DNA from: an uncultured Fibrobacteria bacterium
Lineage (GTDB): Bacteria > Fibrobacterota > Fibrobacteria > UBA11236
Assembly (NCBI GenBank): GCA_963716395.1
Contig: OY970309.1
Location: 1,376,001-1,440,000 of the forward strand
DNA length: 64,000 nt
Direction of reading: 5' to 3'
The position numbers and the translations under genes were made by a program. The notes under the pieces are model-generated. The model was not told the origin of the DNA. It made no database searches and saw nothing but the letters and a program-made list of their open reading frames with translations. Below, one piece after another: positions 52,971-62,188 of the stretch (positions are counted from its first letter, which is position 1; every line of letters starts with the position of its first letter).

Positions 52971-54029
52971 ATGCACATGTCCGACGCTTTGATTACCCCC
53001 GCCGTGGGCGGCACCTTCTGGGTGGTTTCGGGGTCGCTCATCGCCTATAGTGCCCACAAGGTGAAGGCCGAACGCGAAGAGTCGATGATCCCGCTCATGG
53101 GCGTGCTTAGTGCTTTCGTTTTCGCGGCTCAGATGATCAACTTTTCCATTCCCGGCACCGGGTCGTCGGGTCATTTGATTGGGGCCATGTTGCTGGCCAT
53201 CTTTCTCGGACCGTACCGGGGATTTCTGGCCATCGCCTCGGTGTTGGTGATTCAATGTCTGTTCTTTGCCGACGGCGGGTTGATGGCCTTGGGGGCCAAC
53301 ATTTTCAACATGGGATTCTTCGCCTGTTTTCTGGCCTATCCTTTAATCTGGAAACCTTGGATGGCGCGCGGTTTTTCGCGCGGGCGGTTCACTGCGGCGA
53401 CCACGGTTGCGGCGGTGATCGCCCTGGTGCTGGGCGCCCTGGGCGTGGTGGTCGAAACCGTGACCTCGGGAATTTCCGATTTGTCTTTCGGCACCTTCGT
53501 CCTGTTCATGGTGCCCATTCACGCCGTGATCGGTTTGGTCGAAGGCGCCGTGACCACCGCGGTTTCGCTGTTCGTCCTGCAGGCGCGTCCCGATTTGATC
53601 CGCCTGGGGAAAGAGGCACCTGCCGGCGGGCCCCGCGGCGTGCGCGTGGGACCCGTCACCGTGGGGTTACTGGTGTCGGCGCTGGCCGTGGGCGGCTTCG
53701 TGTCGTGGTTTGCCTCGATGCGGCCCGAAGGGTTGGAATGGTCGCTCATCCAGACCACCGGGCACATGCCACAGGCCGAGACCAAGGGCGTCAAGGGTTT
53801 CCTCGACCGTTTGCAGCATCGCCTCGCGCCTTTGCCCGAATATGATTTTCGCGGCGCGCCCAAAGCCACGGTGAACAACCCGCCCAGCAAAACCGGCACC
53901 TCGCTTTCGGGCCTGCTGGGGGTGGGCCTGGTGTTGGCCCTGGCCGCGGGGCTGGGATTTCTCATGCGCCGCCTGGGCCTGAAACGCGAAGCCCGGAACG
54001 CGGCCTCGCCTCCGGAGCCCAGCGGTTGA
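52971..54029 (+). CDS. Ni/Co ECF transporter substrate component fused to PDGLE domain (NikMN/CbiM-like)
   Basis: N-terminal MHMSD, QMINF..GSSGH, DGGLMALGAN, PEGLEWS, PLPEY. Confidence 0.9.
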   Translation: MHMSDALITPAVGGTFWVVSGSLIAYSAHKVKAEREESMIPLMGVLSAFVFAAQMINFSIPGTGSSGHLIGAMLLAIFLGPYRGFLAIASVLVIQCLFFADGGLMALGANIFNMGFFACFLAYPLIWKPWMARGFSRGRFTAATTVAAVIALVLGALGVVVETVTSGISDLSFGTFVLFMVPIHAVIGLVEGAVTTAVSLFVLQARPDLIRLGKEAPAGGPRGVRVGPVTVGLLVSALAVGGFVSWFASMRPEGLEWSLIQTTGHMPQAETKGVKGFLDRLQHRLAPLPEYDFRGAPKATVNNPPSKTGTSLSGLLGVGLVLALAAGLGFLMRRLGLKREARNAASPPEPSG

Positions 54030-54772
54030 AGCGGCTCACCGAAGTCCGCCGCCTGTCGAAAAGCGAAGTCCGGCGGCGGGTCGATCTGGACTCGCGGGCC
54101 TTGATCGTGGCGGTTCTCCTGTACATTCTCTGCGTCGTCAGCGTGGGCAAATATTCGGTGGAACGCGTGCTGATCTATTTCGCCTTTCCCTTGTTTACCG
54201 TTCTGGCCCTGGGTCTTCCCCTGCGGCCCATCGTGCGGAAATTGATCTTCGTTTCTCCCTTCGTTCTCCTCATCGGCGCCTTCAATCCCCTGCTCGAACC
54301 GCGGCCCCTTCTCCAGATATTTTCCGTTTCCATGTCGGCCGGCATGGCCTCTTTCATTGTGATCGGCTGCAAAGCCGTGCTTTCGGTGGTCGCCGTGGCC
54401 GTGCTCAGCGAGTTGCTGCCGTTTGAGGAAATCGGCGCGGGCCTGCAAAGGCTCAAAGTGCCCGAGGCCTTCGTCGTGCAACTGCTCTTTGTATATCGTT
54501 ATTTGTTTCTGTTGGTGGAGGAAGCGCAAGCCATGCAAAAGGCCCGCGATTTGAAGTCGTTCGGCCGCCGGGGATTGGGTTTGCGTTCGACCGCGTCGCT
54601 GCTGGGCAATCTTTTTTTGCGTACATTGGATCGCAGTCTGCGCATCCACCGTTGCATGGTGTCGCGCGGCTTCAGCGGTTCTTTTCCCATCGCGCCCATC
54701 CGGCCTTTTGGATGGAAAGATTCGGCCTTTCTCGGCGCAGTGGTTTTACTCTTGGCCGGCGTAAAACTCTGA
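54026..54772 (+). CDS. Ni/Co ECF transmembrane component (NikQ/CbiQ)
   Basis: YRYLFLLVEE, LFLRTLDRS, MVSRGF; TTG start coupled to the upstream stop. Confidence 0.88.
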   Translation: MKRLTEVRRLSKSEVRRRVDLDSRALIVAVLLYILCVVSVGKYSVERVLIYFAFPLFTVLALGLPLRPIVRKLIFVSPFVLLIGAFNPLLEPRPLLQIFSVSMSAGMASFIVIGCKAVLSVVAVAVLSELLPFEEIGAGLQRLKVPEAFVVQLLFVYRYLFLLVEEAQAMQKARDLKSFGRRGLGLRSTASLLGNLFLRTLDRSLRIHRCMVSRGFSGSFPIAPIRPFGWKDSAFLGAVVLLLAGVKL

Positions 54773-54789
54773 AGGCATCGAAAACCGGC

Positions 54790-55557
54790 ATGAGTCATCA
54801 CCTCGTCATCGCCGAAAAGCTTTGCTACCGGTACTCCGACGGCACCCAGGCTTTGCAGGATGTGGATTTCACCATCCACCACGGTGAATCGGTGGGCGTG
54901 ATCGGCGCCAACGGGGCCGGCAAGTCGACCCTCATCAACCATTTGAACGGATTTTTCCTTCCCACCTCGGGGCGGGTGGTCATCGGCGACACGCCGGTCG
55001 ATCGGCATTCGCGCCGGGAAATCCGCAAGCGCGTGGGGGTGGTGTTCCAGAACCCCGACGATCAATTGTTTCTTTCCCGCGTCTGCGACGACGTGGCCTT
55101 TGGCCCGCGCAATCTCGGCCTGCCCGAAGAGGTGGTGGAACGGCGCGTGCGCACCGCGCTGGAATTGCTGCGCGCCTGGGAGTTGCGCGACCGGCCTTCG
55201 CATAACCTCTCCGACGGACAAAAACGGGCCGTGGCCATTGCGGGCGTGCTGGCCATGGAGCCCGATGTGCTGGTCATGGACGAGCCGACTTCAACCTTGG
55301 ACCCGGGCAATCGCCGCAAAATCATCAACTTTCTCCGGGATTTCGGGCATACCCGCATTCTCGTGTCGCATGATCTCGATTTCATCTGGGAGGTCTGCGA
55401 TCGCGTCCTGATTTTGAGCGACGGCAAACTGGCCGCCGAAGGCGAGGCCCGCACGCTGCTTTCCGACGCGGCCTTGCTGGAAGCCTGCGGATTGGAATTG
55501 CCGCTGCGCCTGCAAGGGGATCCGCGTCACGCCCCGGCGGAATCGCGGCGCGGCTGA
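54790..55557 (+). CDS. Ni/Co ECF ATPase (NikO/CbiO)
   Basis: GANGAGKS, FQNPDDQLF, DVAFGP, MDEPT, SHDLD. Confidence 0.9.
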   Translation: MSHHLVIAEKLCYRYSDGTQALQDVDFTIHHGESVGVIGANGAGKSTLINHLNGFFLPTSGRVVIGDTPVDRHSRREIRKRVGVVFQNPDDQLFLSRVCDDVAFGPRNLGLPEEVVERRVRTALELLRAWELRDRPSHNLSDGQKRAVAIAGVLAMEPDVLVMDEPTSTLDPGNRRKIINFLRDFGHTRILVSHDLDFIWEVCDRVLILSDGKLAAEGEARTLLSDAALLEACGLELPLRLQGDPRHAPAESRRG

Positions 55558-55565
55558 GGAGAACA

Positions 55566-57278
55566 ATGCGTCTAGCGTACCGTTTGGGAATTCTGGCTTG
55601 GGCGGCCGGCGCATTGCCGGCCGGCGCGCACACTTTTCCCGTCAGCGATATCGATCATGTCAGCGAAATCCGCATCGACCGCGACAGCATCACCATCGCC
55701 TACGGCATCTCGATCTCCGAGTTGGAGGCCCTGCGCGGAATTTTCGACATGAACCGGGGCCGCGACTACGCCATCAGCAACACCGAGTGCTACGAGTATT
55801 TCAGCAGCCTTTCCTACGACATCGCCCGCGGCGTGCGCTTTTTCTGGGATGGCCGTCTCCTGCAAGTGGAAAACCCGCGCCGTTTCGAATTGCGCAAACC
55901 CTACGGCATGACCTACCACTATGTGGCCCATCTCGATTCGGTCACAAGCGGATTGCACCAATTTCTGTTCCTCGACACCAACGATCAGCACACTCCGGGC
56001 AAAGACACCATTCGCGTCGCAGCCGGGCCGGGGGTGCAGTTGCGGCGCGCGCAGACAGAGCGGCGCCGCGCCCAGGCCTGGGTGGCCGTGGGCGACGTGC
56101 CGGACACGGGCTTGCCCGCCGAAGTGCCCAAGCAGGTGTGGAATGAGAATGGAAATGTCGCCACGACGGCTTCCACGACAGACAAGGTGACGACCGACAC
56201 CGCGGCGGCCAAAGACAATTTGATGCCCTGGTTTTCGGGCGCCGGAGCCAATCAGGGCAATACCTATCAAAGGGTGAAGGGTAAAATCGAGGCGGCGCTG
56301 CAAGGGAAACTTTCGTGGTTCATCGTGTTGACCACGCTTTTCCTGGCCTTTATCGTGGGGGCTTTGCACGCCCTGCAACCCGGGCACGGCAAAACCCTGG
56401 TGGCCGCCTATCTGGTGGGCTCAAAGGGAACGATTTGGCATGCCGTACTGCTCGGCGCCATCGTCACCTTTACCCATACTTTCAGCGTTTTTATCCTGGG
56501 CCTGGCCGCGCTGTACCTCTCGGCCTATGTTCTGCCCGACACCTTGAATTTCTGGTTGAGCATGGTTTCCGGCGCCGTGGTATGGGGTATGGGCATGTGG
56601 CTTTTTCTGCGCGGCTACCGGCGTTGGGTCTTGCACCGTGAAGGCAAAATCGACATCATGGACCATGGGCACACCCATATGTTCGGAGGAGGCCACGGCC
56701 ATGCGCATGGGGGACATGATCACGATCACCCGCATCACCATGAACAGGATCACCACGATCACGATCATGACCAAGGGCATGATGCCGAACCGGATTTGGG
56801 CCAAGAATATTCCGTGATTTCCAAAGCTTCCGGCGCCGCGCACTTTCGTTTCGGCCCCGGCAGGCAACCCCATGAACACGAACCCGAAAGCTCGCATGCG
56901 CATGCTTTGGAACACGGTCATTCCCATGTGCCCAAGCGCAAGGAAGAAGTCACGCTTTGGAGCCTGTTCACCTTGGGCGTAGTGGGCGGCCTGGCGCCTT
57001 GCGTCGACGCCATCGTGCTGCTGCTTATCGCCGTGGCCCTGCACCGCATCGCCTTGGGGCTGCTCATCATCCTGGTGTTCAGCCTGGGCATCGCCACGGT
57101 GCTGGTGTCGGTGGGCATTCTCATGGTCAAGGCCAAGGGCCTGGTCGACCGCCTGGATCGCGGCCGCAACATGCTGGCTTGGCTGCCGATGGTGAGTGCC
57201 GGCATCGTCACCGTGATTGGAATCACGATGATTATCAAATCTCTTACCGCGATCGGCTGGATCCGGTTCGGATCTTAG
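55566..57278 (+). CDS. RcnA-like Ni/Co transporter with N-terminal periplasmic domain and His-rich loop
   Basis: Signal peptide ending AGA-H; HALQPGHGKT, VTFTHT, GLAPC motifs; His/Asp-rich central loop. Confidence 0.85.
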   Translation: MRLAYRLGILAWAAGALPAGAHTFPVSDIDHVSEIRIDRDSITIAYGISISELEALRGIFDMNRGRDYAISNTECYEYFSSLSYDIARGVRFFWDGRLLQVENPRRFELRKPYGMTYHYVAHLDSVTSGLHQFLFLDTNDQHTPGKDTIRVAAGPGVQLRRAQTERRRAQAWVAVGDVPDTGLPAEVPKQVWNENGNVATTASTTDKVTTDTAAAKDNLMPWFSGAGANQGNTYQRVKGKIEAALQGKLSWFIVLTTLFLAFIVGALHALQPGHGKTLVAAYLVGSKGTIWHAVLLGAIVTFTHTFSVFILGLAALYLSAYVLPDTLNFWLSMVSGAVVWGMGMWLFLRGYRRWVLHREGKIDIMDHGHTHMFGGGHGHAHGGHDHDHPHHHEQDHHDHDHDQGHDAEPDLGQEYSVISKASGAAHFRFGPGRQPHEHEPESSHAHALEHGHSHVPKRKEEVTLWSLFTLGVVGGLAPCVDAIVLLLIAVALHRIALGLLIILVFSLGIATVLVSVGILMVKAKGLVDRLDRGRNMLAWLPMVSAGIVTVIGITMIIKSLTAIGWIRFGS

Positions 57279-57580
57279 GCACCGTCTTTCCGCTTTTTCC
57301 CGCGCCGGCGCGCCTCCGGGTGGGCGTGATCATGCGCGGTGCGCTCATGGCCCGCATGAAAATGCTCGTGCTCCCCGTGCTCTCCGGCATGCCGGTGATC
57401 CGAACCGGCGCTCTGCACCCGCTTGCCGGCATGCGTATGGGTGTGATCGTGGGCATGGGAATGCCGGTGCGTATGCGCGTGGGTGTGTTTTTTCCCCTCA
57501 TGCACATGGGTGTGGGAATGCGCATGGGCGTGCCCATGTTCGTGTTCGTGGCTGTGTTCGTGGAGCGGGGCGCCGTTCAC
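57275..57580 (-). CDS. Histidine-rich (HX)n small protein, putative nickel storage
   Basis: GTG overlapping the nikR stop (GTGA) with GAGG upstream; 101 aa with 31 His. Confidence 0.75.
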   Translation of the reverse strand: MNGAPLHEHSHEHEHGHAHAHSHTHVHEGKKHTHAHTHRHSHAHDHTHTHAGKRVQSAGSDHRHAGEHGEHEHFHAGHERTAHDHAHPEARRRGKKRKDGA

Positions 57581-58011
57581 GGCTTTTCCTCGATTTGGGC
57601 GGTGCGCACCAGTTTGGAAAATTTGACCCCGCGCAATCCGCCGATCTCGACAGCGATGCGTTCGATGTCGGCCGGCGAACCCTGGATGAAAATGGTTTCC
57701 AGACAATTGTGGTGATCGAGATGCACATGGGTGCTGCACAACACGTTCAGGTTTTTCTGATGCTGGGCTTCGGTGAGCTGGTAGCCAAGATTGCGTTGAT
57801 GGTGGTCGTAAATCAGGGTCAACACGCCCACCACCTTGGCGCCCTGCGCGTTCCATTTGGTGGCGATCATCTGTTCGCGAATCAGGTCGCGCACGAATTC
57901 CGAACGCGAGGAATAGCCTTTTTCCGTGGTGCGTGAATCGAGTTCGTCCAACAGCGATTGGGGCAAGGAAATGGAAAACCGGATGACCGGGTCGGGTTTG
58001 CGGGATTTCAC
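57577..58011 (-). CDS. nikR: Nickel-responsive regulator NikR
   Basis: [20 protein letters not shown] ribbon-helix-helix; YDHH; [11 protein letters not shown]. Confidence 0.95.
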   Translation of the reverse strand: MKSRKPDPVIRFSISLPQSLLDELDSRTTEKGYSSRSEFVRDLIREQMIATKWNAQGAKVVGVLTLIYDHHQRNLGYQLTEAQHQKNLNVLCSTHVHLDHHNCLETIFIQGSPADIERIAVEIGGLRGVKFSKLVRTAQIEEKP

Positions 58012-58316
58012 GGGATATCCTTTCCGGGATGTAACAAAGTAATGAATCGCCTTTTCCCTTCGCGAGGCCCCTGACGTCGATTTTCCGGCTTTCGCCCCGG
58101 TTTGGCTGCCGGCACGCGCGTTTTCGCGTCTTCCGAGCCCGGCCGCAGTGCGCGTGCTCCAAGCCGGCGACGAAACCTAGGACTTGTTCCCGGGCTTCAC
58201 AATTCCAGGCAATGTTTCATTTTCTGTTACAACAACTTTTCGGGGAATAGCAAACAAAATGAAGTAAGAAATCGTCCCGAAGTAGCCACAGTAAGGGATT
58301 AGAGAATTTTAACTAC

Positions 58317-58345
58317 TTGACATTATAATTAAATCAAACTATAAT
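58317..58345 (+). promoter_or_regulatory. Perfect-consensus sigma70 promoter
   Basis: TTGACA (58317-58322), 17 nt, TATAAT (58340-58345) in an AT-rich tract. Confidence 0.8.
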
Positions 58346-58403
58346 TTTAGATAGTAAAGTCAAAAGCTCCTCGTATTTCATCCCATAGAAAAGGCCTGAT
58401 ACT

Positions 58404-58622
58404 TTGATTGCGCAGCATTATATCCGTCGACAACAACTGGAAGATCTGTTTCAAAAGAAAAGCGAAGCCCCCATGGCGCCGGAACGAAAAAGGATTCCCC
58501 GCCGACCCTGCGGGCATGAAACCTGGTTTCCCACCTTGGAAAAGTGCCCGTATTGCGGCAGCACCGCCAAGGTGGTGACAGGTGTCATCGCCAAGCCCTT
58601 GATTCAAAACGGCCACTATTAA
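58404..58622 (+). CDS. Small putative zinc-ribbon protein
   Basis: CGH-x8-CPYC; downstream of a consensus promoter; start uncertain (TTG 58404 or ATG 58473). Confidence 0.5.
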   Translation: MIAQHYIRRQQLEDLFQKKSEAPMAPERKRIPRRPCGHETWFPTLEKCPYCGSTAKVVTGVIAKPLIQNGHY

Positions 58623-58713
58623 AAAGCAAAGGCTTCACGGCCCGCTTTCAAGTGAATACCCCGGTTCGGGTTGTTCGGCCACAACAATCGGCTTGAAAGA
58701 CAATTCAATACTT

Positions 58714-58733
58714 GTGACGCGCGGGCGCGTCAC
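58714..58733. terminator. GC-rich hairpin between convergent genes
   Basis: GTGACGCGC-GG-GCGCGTCAC perfect inverted repeat; no clear U-tract. Confidence 0.4.
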
Positions 58734-58789
58734 CGCGTTGACCCGAGGCCAATGTGAGGGTCACGGGTGCCGGGATAGGCAATGCGGAT

Positions 58790-59839
58790 TCAGGGGCGGA
58801 TAATAACCTTCAGCGATTTCGCCCGGTTGTCAGCCTGCACGGCCACGGCTTCGATGAATTGCTTTAAAGGAAAACGATGGGTGATGAGGGCCTTGCCGTC
58901 GATTTTTCCGGATGCGAGAAAACCCAGCGCTTCTTCATAGTCCCGTCTTACGGAACTGTTGGCCCCGTGCAAATGCAATTCGCGGTAGTGGATGAGGTTG
59001 AGGTCGAGCGGCAAGACGCAATCCTGTTTGGGCATTCCCGCGAACAGCGACATGTGGCCGTTACGGGCCAGCCAAGGCAGGGCGCGGCCGACCACGGTTT
59101 TCTCCGAGGCGGAAAGAATGACGCCGTCCAAACCCCGTCCCCGCGTCTCCCGTTGAATCCATTCTTCGGGATTGGTTTTGCCCATGTCCACGAGATCGTC
59201 GAAAGGCAGGCCGAGCTGGGCGATCAAATCGAGTTTGCCGGCGGAGCGGTTGAAAATGGTCACGCGTTTGGCTCCGCGCGCGCGGGCCACCAGACCGTTG
59301 AGCACGCCGATGACGCCCGCGCCCACTACGCCCACGTGGTCCATGCCTTCCAGCGGCAGGTAACGCAACCCGTTGATGGCGCAACTCAAGGGTTCGAGTA
59401 AGGTGCCGAGATCGGCATCGATGCCGGCGGGCAAGGCGATCAAACAACCTTGCTTCACGGCTTGGGCGGGAATGACGATGGATTCGGCGAAGCCCCCGTT
59501 ATAGGCGTAGCCGATGGCGGTGAAACCGTTCTCGCACAGGTTTTCTCGGTGCTGGGCGCACATGGGGCAGTGGCCGCAGCCGATGACGGTTTGCACCGCA
59601 TAGCGATTGCCGGGGCGCACCGAAGGGTCTACTCCCTGCCCCACCGCGGTGACCGTGCCGGCGATTTCATGCCCGATAATGGGCACGCTCACGGGTTTTT
59701 CGCCCGCCAGCACGCGCTTGTCGGTGCCGCACAGGGCGCAGGCGTCGACTTTGAGAAGCACCTCTCCGGGTTGAAGCGGCGGCACCTCCACGTTTTCCAC
59801 GGCAAGGTGTCCGGGGGATTTCAATAAAGCGGCCAGCAT
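58790..59839 (-). CDS. Zinc-dependent polyol dehydrogenase (L-iditol/sorbitol dehydrogenase-like)
   Basis: CGTD, GHE, CGHCPMC..C, EPLSC, GAGVIG, LITHRF. Confidence 0.9.
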   Translation of the reverse strand: MLAALLKSPGHLAVENVEVPPLQPGEVLLKVDACALCGTDKRVLAGEKPVSVPIIGHEIAGTVTAVGQGVDPSVRPGNRYAVQTVIGCGHCPMCAQHRENLCENGFTAIGYAYNGGFAESIVIPAQAVKQGCLIALPAGIDADLGTLLEPLSCAINGLRYLPLEGMDHVGVVGAGVIGVLNGLVARARGAKRVTIFNRSAGKLDLIAQLGLPFDDLVDMGKTNPEEWIQRETRGRGLDGVILSASEKTVVGRALPWLARNGHMSLFAGMPKQDCVLPLDLNLIHYRELHLHGANSSVRRDYEEALGFLASGKIDGKALITHRFPLKQFIEAVAVQADNRAKSLKVIIRP

Positions 59840-59865
59840 AGTTGCGTTTCCCTGGGTTGAAGAGA

Positions 59866-61323
59866 TTAGGAAGGAGACCCGACGCCGGTCCAAGCGCCCT
59901 GGCGCGACGAAGTGCGCAACACGTCCAGGGCCGATGCCGGGCCCAGATCGCGCAGTCGGCGCGCCAAGGCCGTGTTTACCGGCGGTAGTCCGCCCACGGC
60001 GGAAAAGAAGGCGTTCCGGGAGCGGGTGTCACCGGCAAAGTCGGCTTCGACCGCTGCGCTGCAATACCCGTAATCCGCGAAGCGGGTCAGCACGGCATGA
60101 CCCACCAGGATTTTGGCGCCGACGACGAAAAGGTTTTTGTACGGAGCCAATTCCGGCCGAGCCAGATCATCCACGAAAGGCAAGCCCGCCTTATTGCCCT
60201 CGGTGCCGATATGCAAAGGCATGTGGTACTCTGAGGCCAGCGCGATCACGCGCGCCAAATTCTCCAGCTTACGCTGCTTTTCCTGGGGATCCTTCACGTT
60301 CCAGTTGCGGTCGGGAATCAGATTCAGGGCGCATGCTCCCAAACGGCGATTGCATTCGAGCAATTCCCGCGCGCGCGCTTCGCCGGCCGAGGTTCCGTCG
60401 AGCCACGAATCCATGGGAATGGCGCCGCAGGCCTTGATCCACGCGTACACTTCTCCGGTGGGCGGGAAGCTGGTCGGGCCGGGCTGCTCATACCCGATGC
60501 CGCCTTTTTTCATCAGCTTGCCGCGCACCTTTTCGGCCAAGCTGGCCGGGGTTTGCAGCAAAGCCAGGACGGCGTCCGGGGGCTGGCCGAGCAGTCCCGC
60601 CCAGAATTCGGCCTGCTTTTCCGGCATGGGAAAATTCTCCGCGGTCTTGTCGATATAGGCCGAAACGAAATGGCGTTCGGTGGCATAGCCGCCCGGCGTG
60701 CGGGAGCGGACAATCGCATCGTAATCCACGGCGATGGCGGGCAAGGCCGCGTTGATGCGCTCCACCATGGCGCGCGAGCGGCGATCCGAGGTGCGGCGAA
60801 GAACCGCAAGGTATTCGGCTTCGGGGGTGCCGGATTTCGGTTTTCTCACCAGACCCGATCCCGCGATATAATGCACGCCCGGTTCTCCGGGCGAATCGAT
60901 CTCCACGGTCCCGAAGTCGCTCATAAAGGTGCGGATCTCGATACCGGCCGTGGCGCGCAGACCGAGGGCCTCGGCGGCGTCGAGGAACTCTTCGATGCCG
61001 TCGACGCCGTCGAAATCGATGATGCCGGCCGCCAATAGACCGGCTTTGCGCGCTTCCCAGGCATAGTGCGAGGGAGACCATCCCGCAGCGTTGTACGAGT
61101 AAAAAGTGTGCGTATGCAGATTGACGTTTTCCTGGTGGCCATGAGGCCAATCTAGGCCGGCCAGTTTTTCCAGGGATCGGGCGCGCACGTCGGCATCGAA
61201 CTGATCCAACCGGCCTTCCAGTTCCTCGACTTGGGTTTTGGTCTGCGCGGTTGGGCGCGACGCCGACGGGCCGCCGTCTGGCGCGGTTTCTTTACGCTCC
61301 CGAATGGCTGAATTGTCAGGCAC
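59866..61323 (-). CDS. PHP-domain protein
   Basis: NLHTHTFYS, IIDFD, GIE, ATERH motifs. Confidence 0.75.
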   Translation of the reverse strand: MPDNSAIRERKETAPDGGPSASRPTAQTKTQVEELEGRLDQFDADVRARSLEKLAGLDWPHGHQENVNLHTHTFYSYNAAGWSPSHYAWEARKAGLLAAGIIDFDGVDGIEEFLDAAEALGLRATAGIEIRTFMSDFGTVEIDSPGEPGVHYIAGSGLVRKPKSGTPEAEYLAVLRRTSDRRSRAMVERINAALPAIAVDYDAIVRSRTPGGYATERHFVSAYIDKTAENFPMPEKQAEFWAGLLGQPPDAVLALLQTPASLAEKVRGKLMKKGGIGYEQPGPTSFPPTGEVYAWIKACGAIPMDSWLDGTSAGEARARELLECNRRLGACALNLIPDRNWNVKDPQEKQRKLENLARVIALASEYHMPLHIGTEGNKAGLPFVDDLARPELAPYKNLFVVGAKILVGHAVLTRFADYGYCSAAVEADFAGDTRSRNAFFSAVGGLPPVNTALARRLRDLGPASALDVLRTSSRQGAWTGVGSPS

Positions 61324-62188
61324 GCGACTTCCCTCCCGAAATATTGATCACTGTTCCGTGAACGTAACTCGCGCGTTCCGAGGCCAGGAAGGTTACCAGA
61401 TCGGCGACCTCTTGGAGTCTGCCCTCGCGTTTAAGAGGGATGGACAAGGCCGAGTAAGCGTGCCGAAGGGCATCCACCGTAATCCCCCGCGTATAGGCCA
61501 GGGCCGATTCATAACTTTCGCTGCGCAGGCCGGTGGCTTCGAGAATGCCCGGGGCCACTCCCACCACGCGCACGCCGCCCTGGCCCAGTTCCTTGGCCCA
61601 AGAACGCGTAAGTCCGTACAAGGCCGCCTTGGTGGCCGAGTAGCAACTTTGGCCTTCGGAGCCTTCCAGACCCGATTCCGACGTCATATTGATGATCACG
61701 CCGCCGCCTTCGGCCACCATGGCCCGGGCCGCCTCCTGGGCGCATAAGTAAACCCCTTTAAGGTTGATGCCCATCATGCGATCCCAGATTTCTTCGGTCA
61801 GCTCGAATTCGCCGCGGGGATCCATCAGCAGCCGCGGAATGTTGATGCCCGCGTTGTTTACGAAGATGTGGATGCGGCCGAAGGTGCCAACGGTAAACTG
61901 CACCAGCGCCCGCGCATCGTCGCGGCGGGTCACATCGGTTTGGTGAAAGCGAACCGGAGCCGCGAATTTTCGCGCCAGTTCGGACGCGGCGGCGTTTCCC
62001 GCTTCGGGGGAAATATCGGCGATGACCACGCGGGCGCCGTTGGCCGCCAAGCTCTCGGCGCAGGCGTGGCCGATGCCCGAAGCGCCGCCGGTGATTACGG
62101 CGACCTTGCCTTCAAGGCCCAACCAACTGGCCTTACCGGTTCCCGTCGCAACCTCCGGTTCCCGCGCAAGCGCGGAGCCCGCCGTCAT
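61316..62188 (-). CDS. SDR oxidoreductase, sorbitol-6-phosphate 2-dehydrogenase-like
   Basis: TGGASGIG, NNAGINIPRLL, SESGLEGSEGQSCYSATK, RSWAKELG, SGGKSR; ATGA coupling. Confidence 0.88.
   Translation of the reverse strand: MTAGSALAREPEVATGTGKASWLGLEGKVAVITGGASGIGHACAESLAANGARVVIADISPEAGNAAASELARKFAAPVRFHQTDVTRRDDARALVQFTVGTFGRIHIFVNNAGINIPRLLMDPRGEFELTEEIWDRMMGINLKGVYLCAQEAARAMVAEGGGVIINMTSESGLEGSEGQSCYSATKAALYGLTRSWAKELGQGGVRVVGVAPGILEATGLRSESYESALAYTRGITVDALRHAYSALSIPLKREGRLQEVADLVTFLASERASYVHGTVINISGGKSRA

Noticed and set aside
56957-57715. Met/Val/Gly-rich plus-strand ORF
   Set aside because: Reverse-complement shadow of the His-codon repeats on the minus strand
57275-58162. 295-aa ORF as listed in the track
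   Set aside because: Its first two-thirds overlap nikR and its upstream region out of frame; only the part from GTG 57580 is credible
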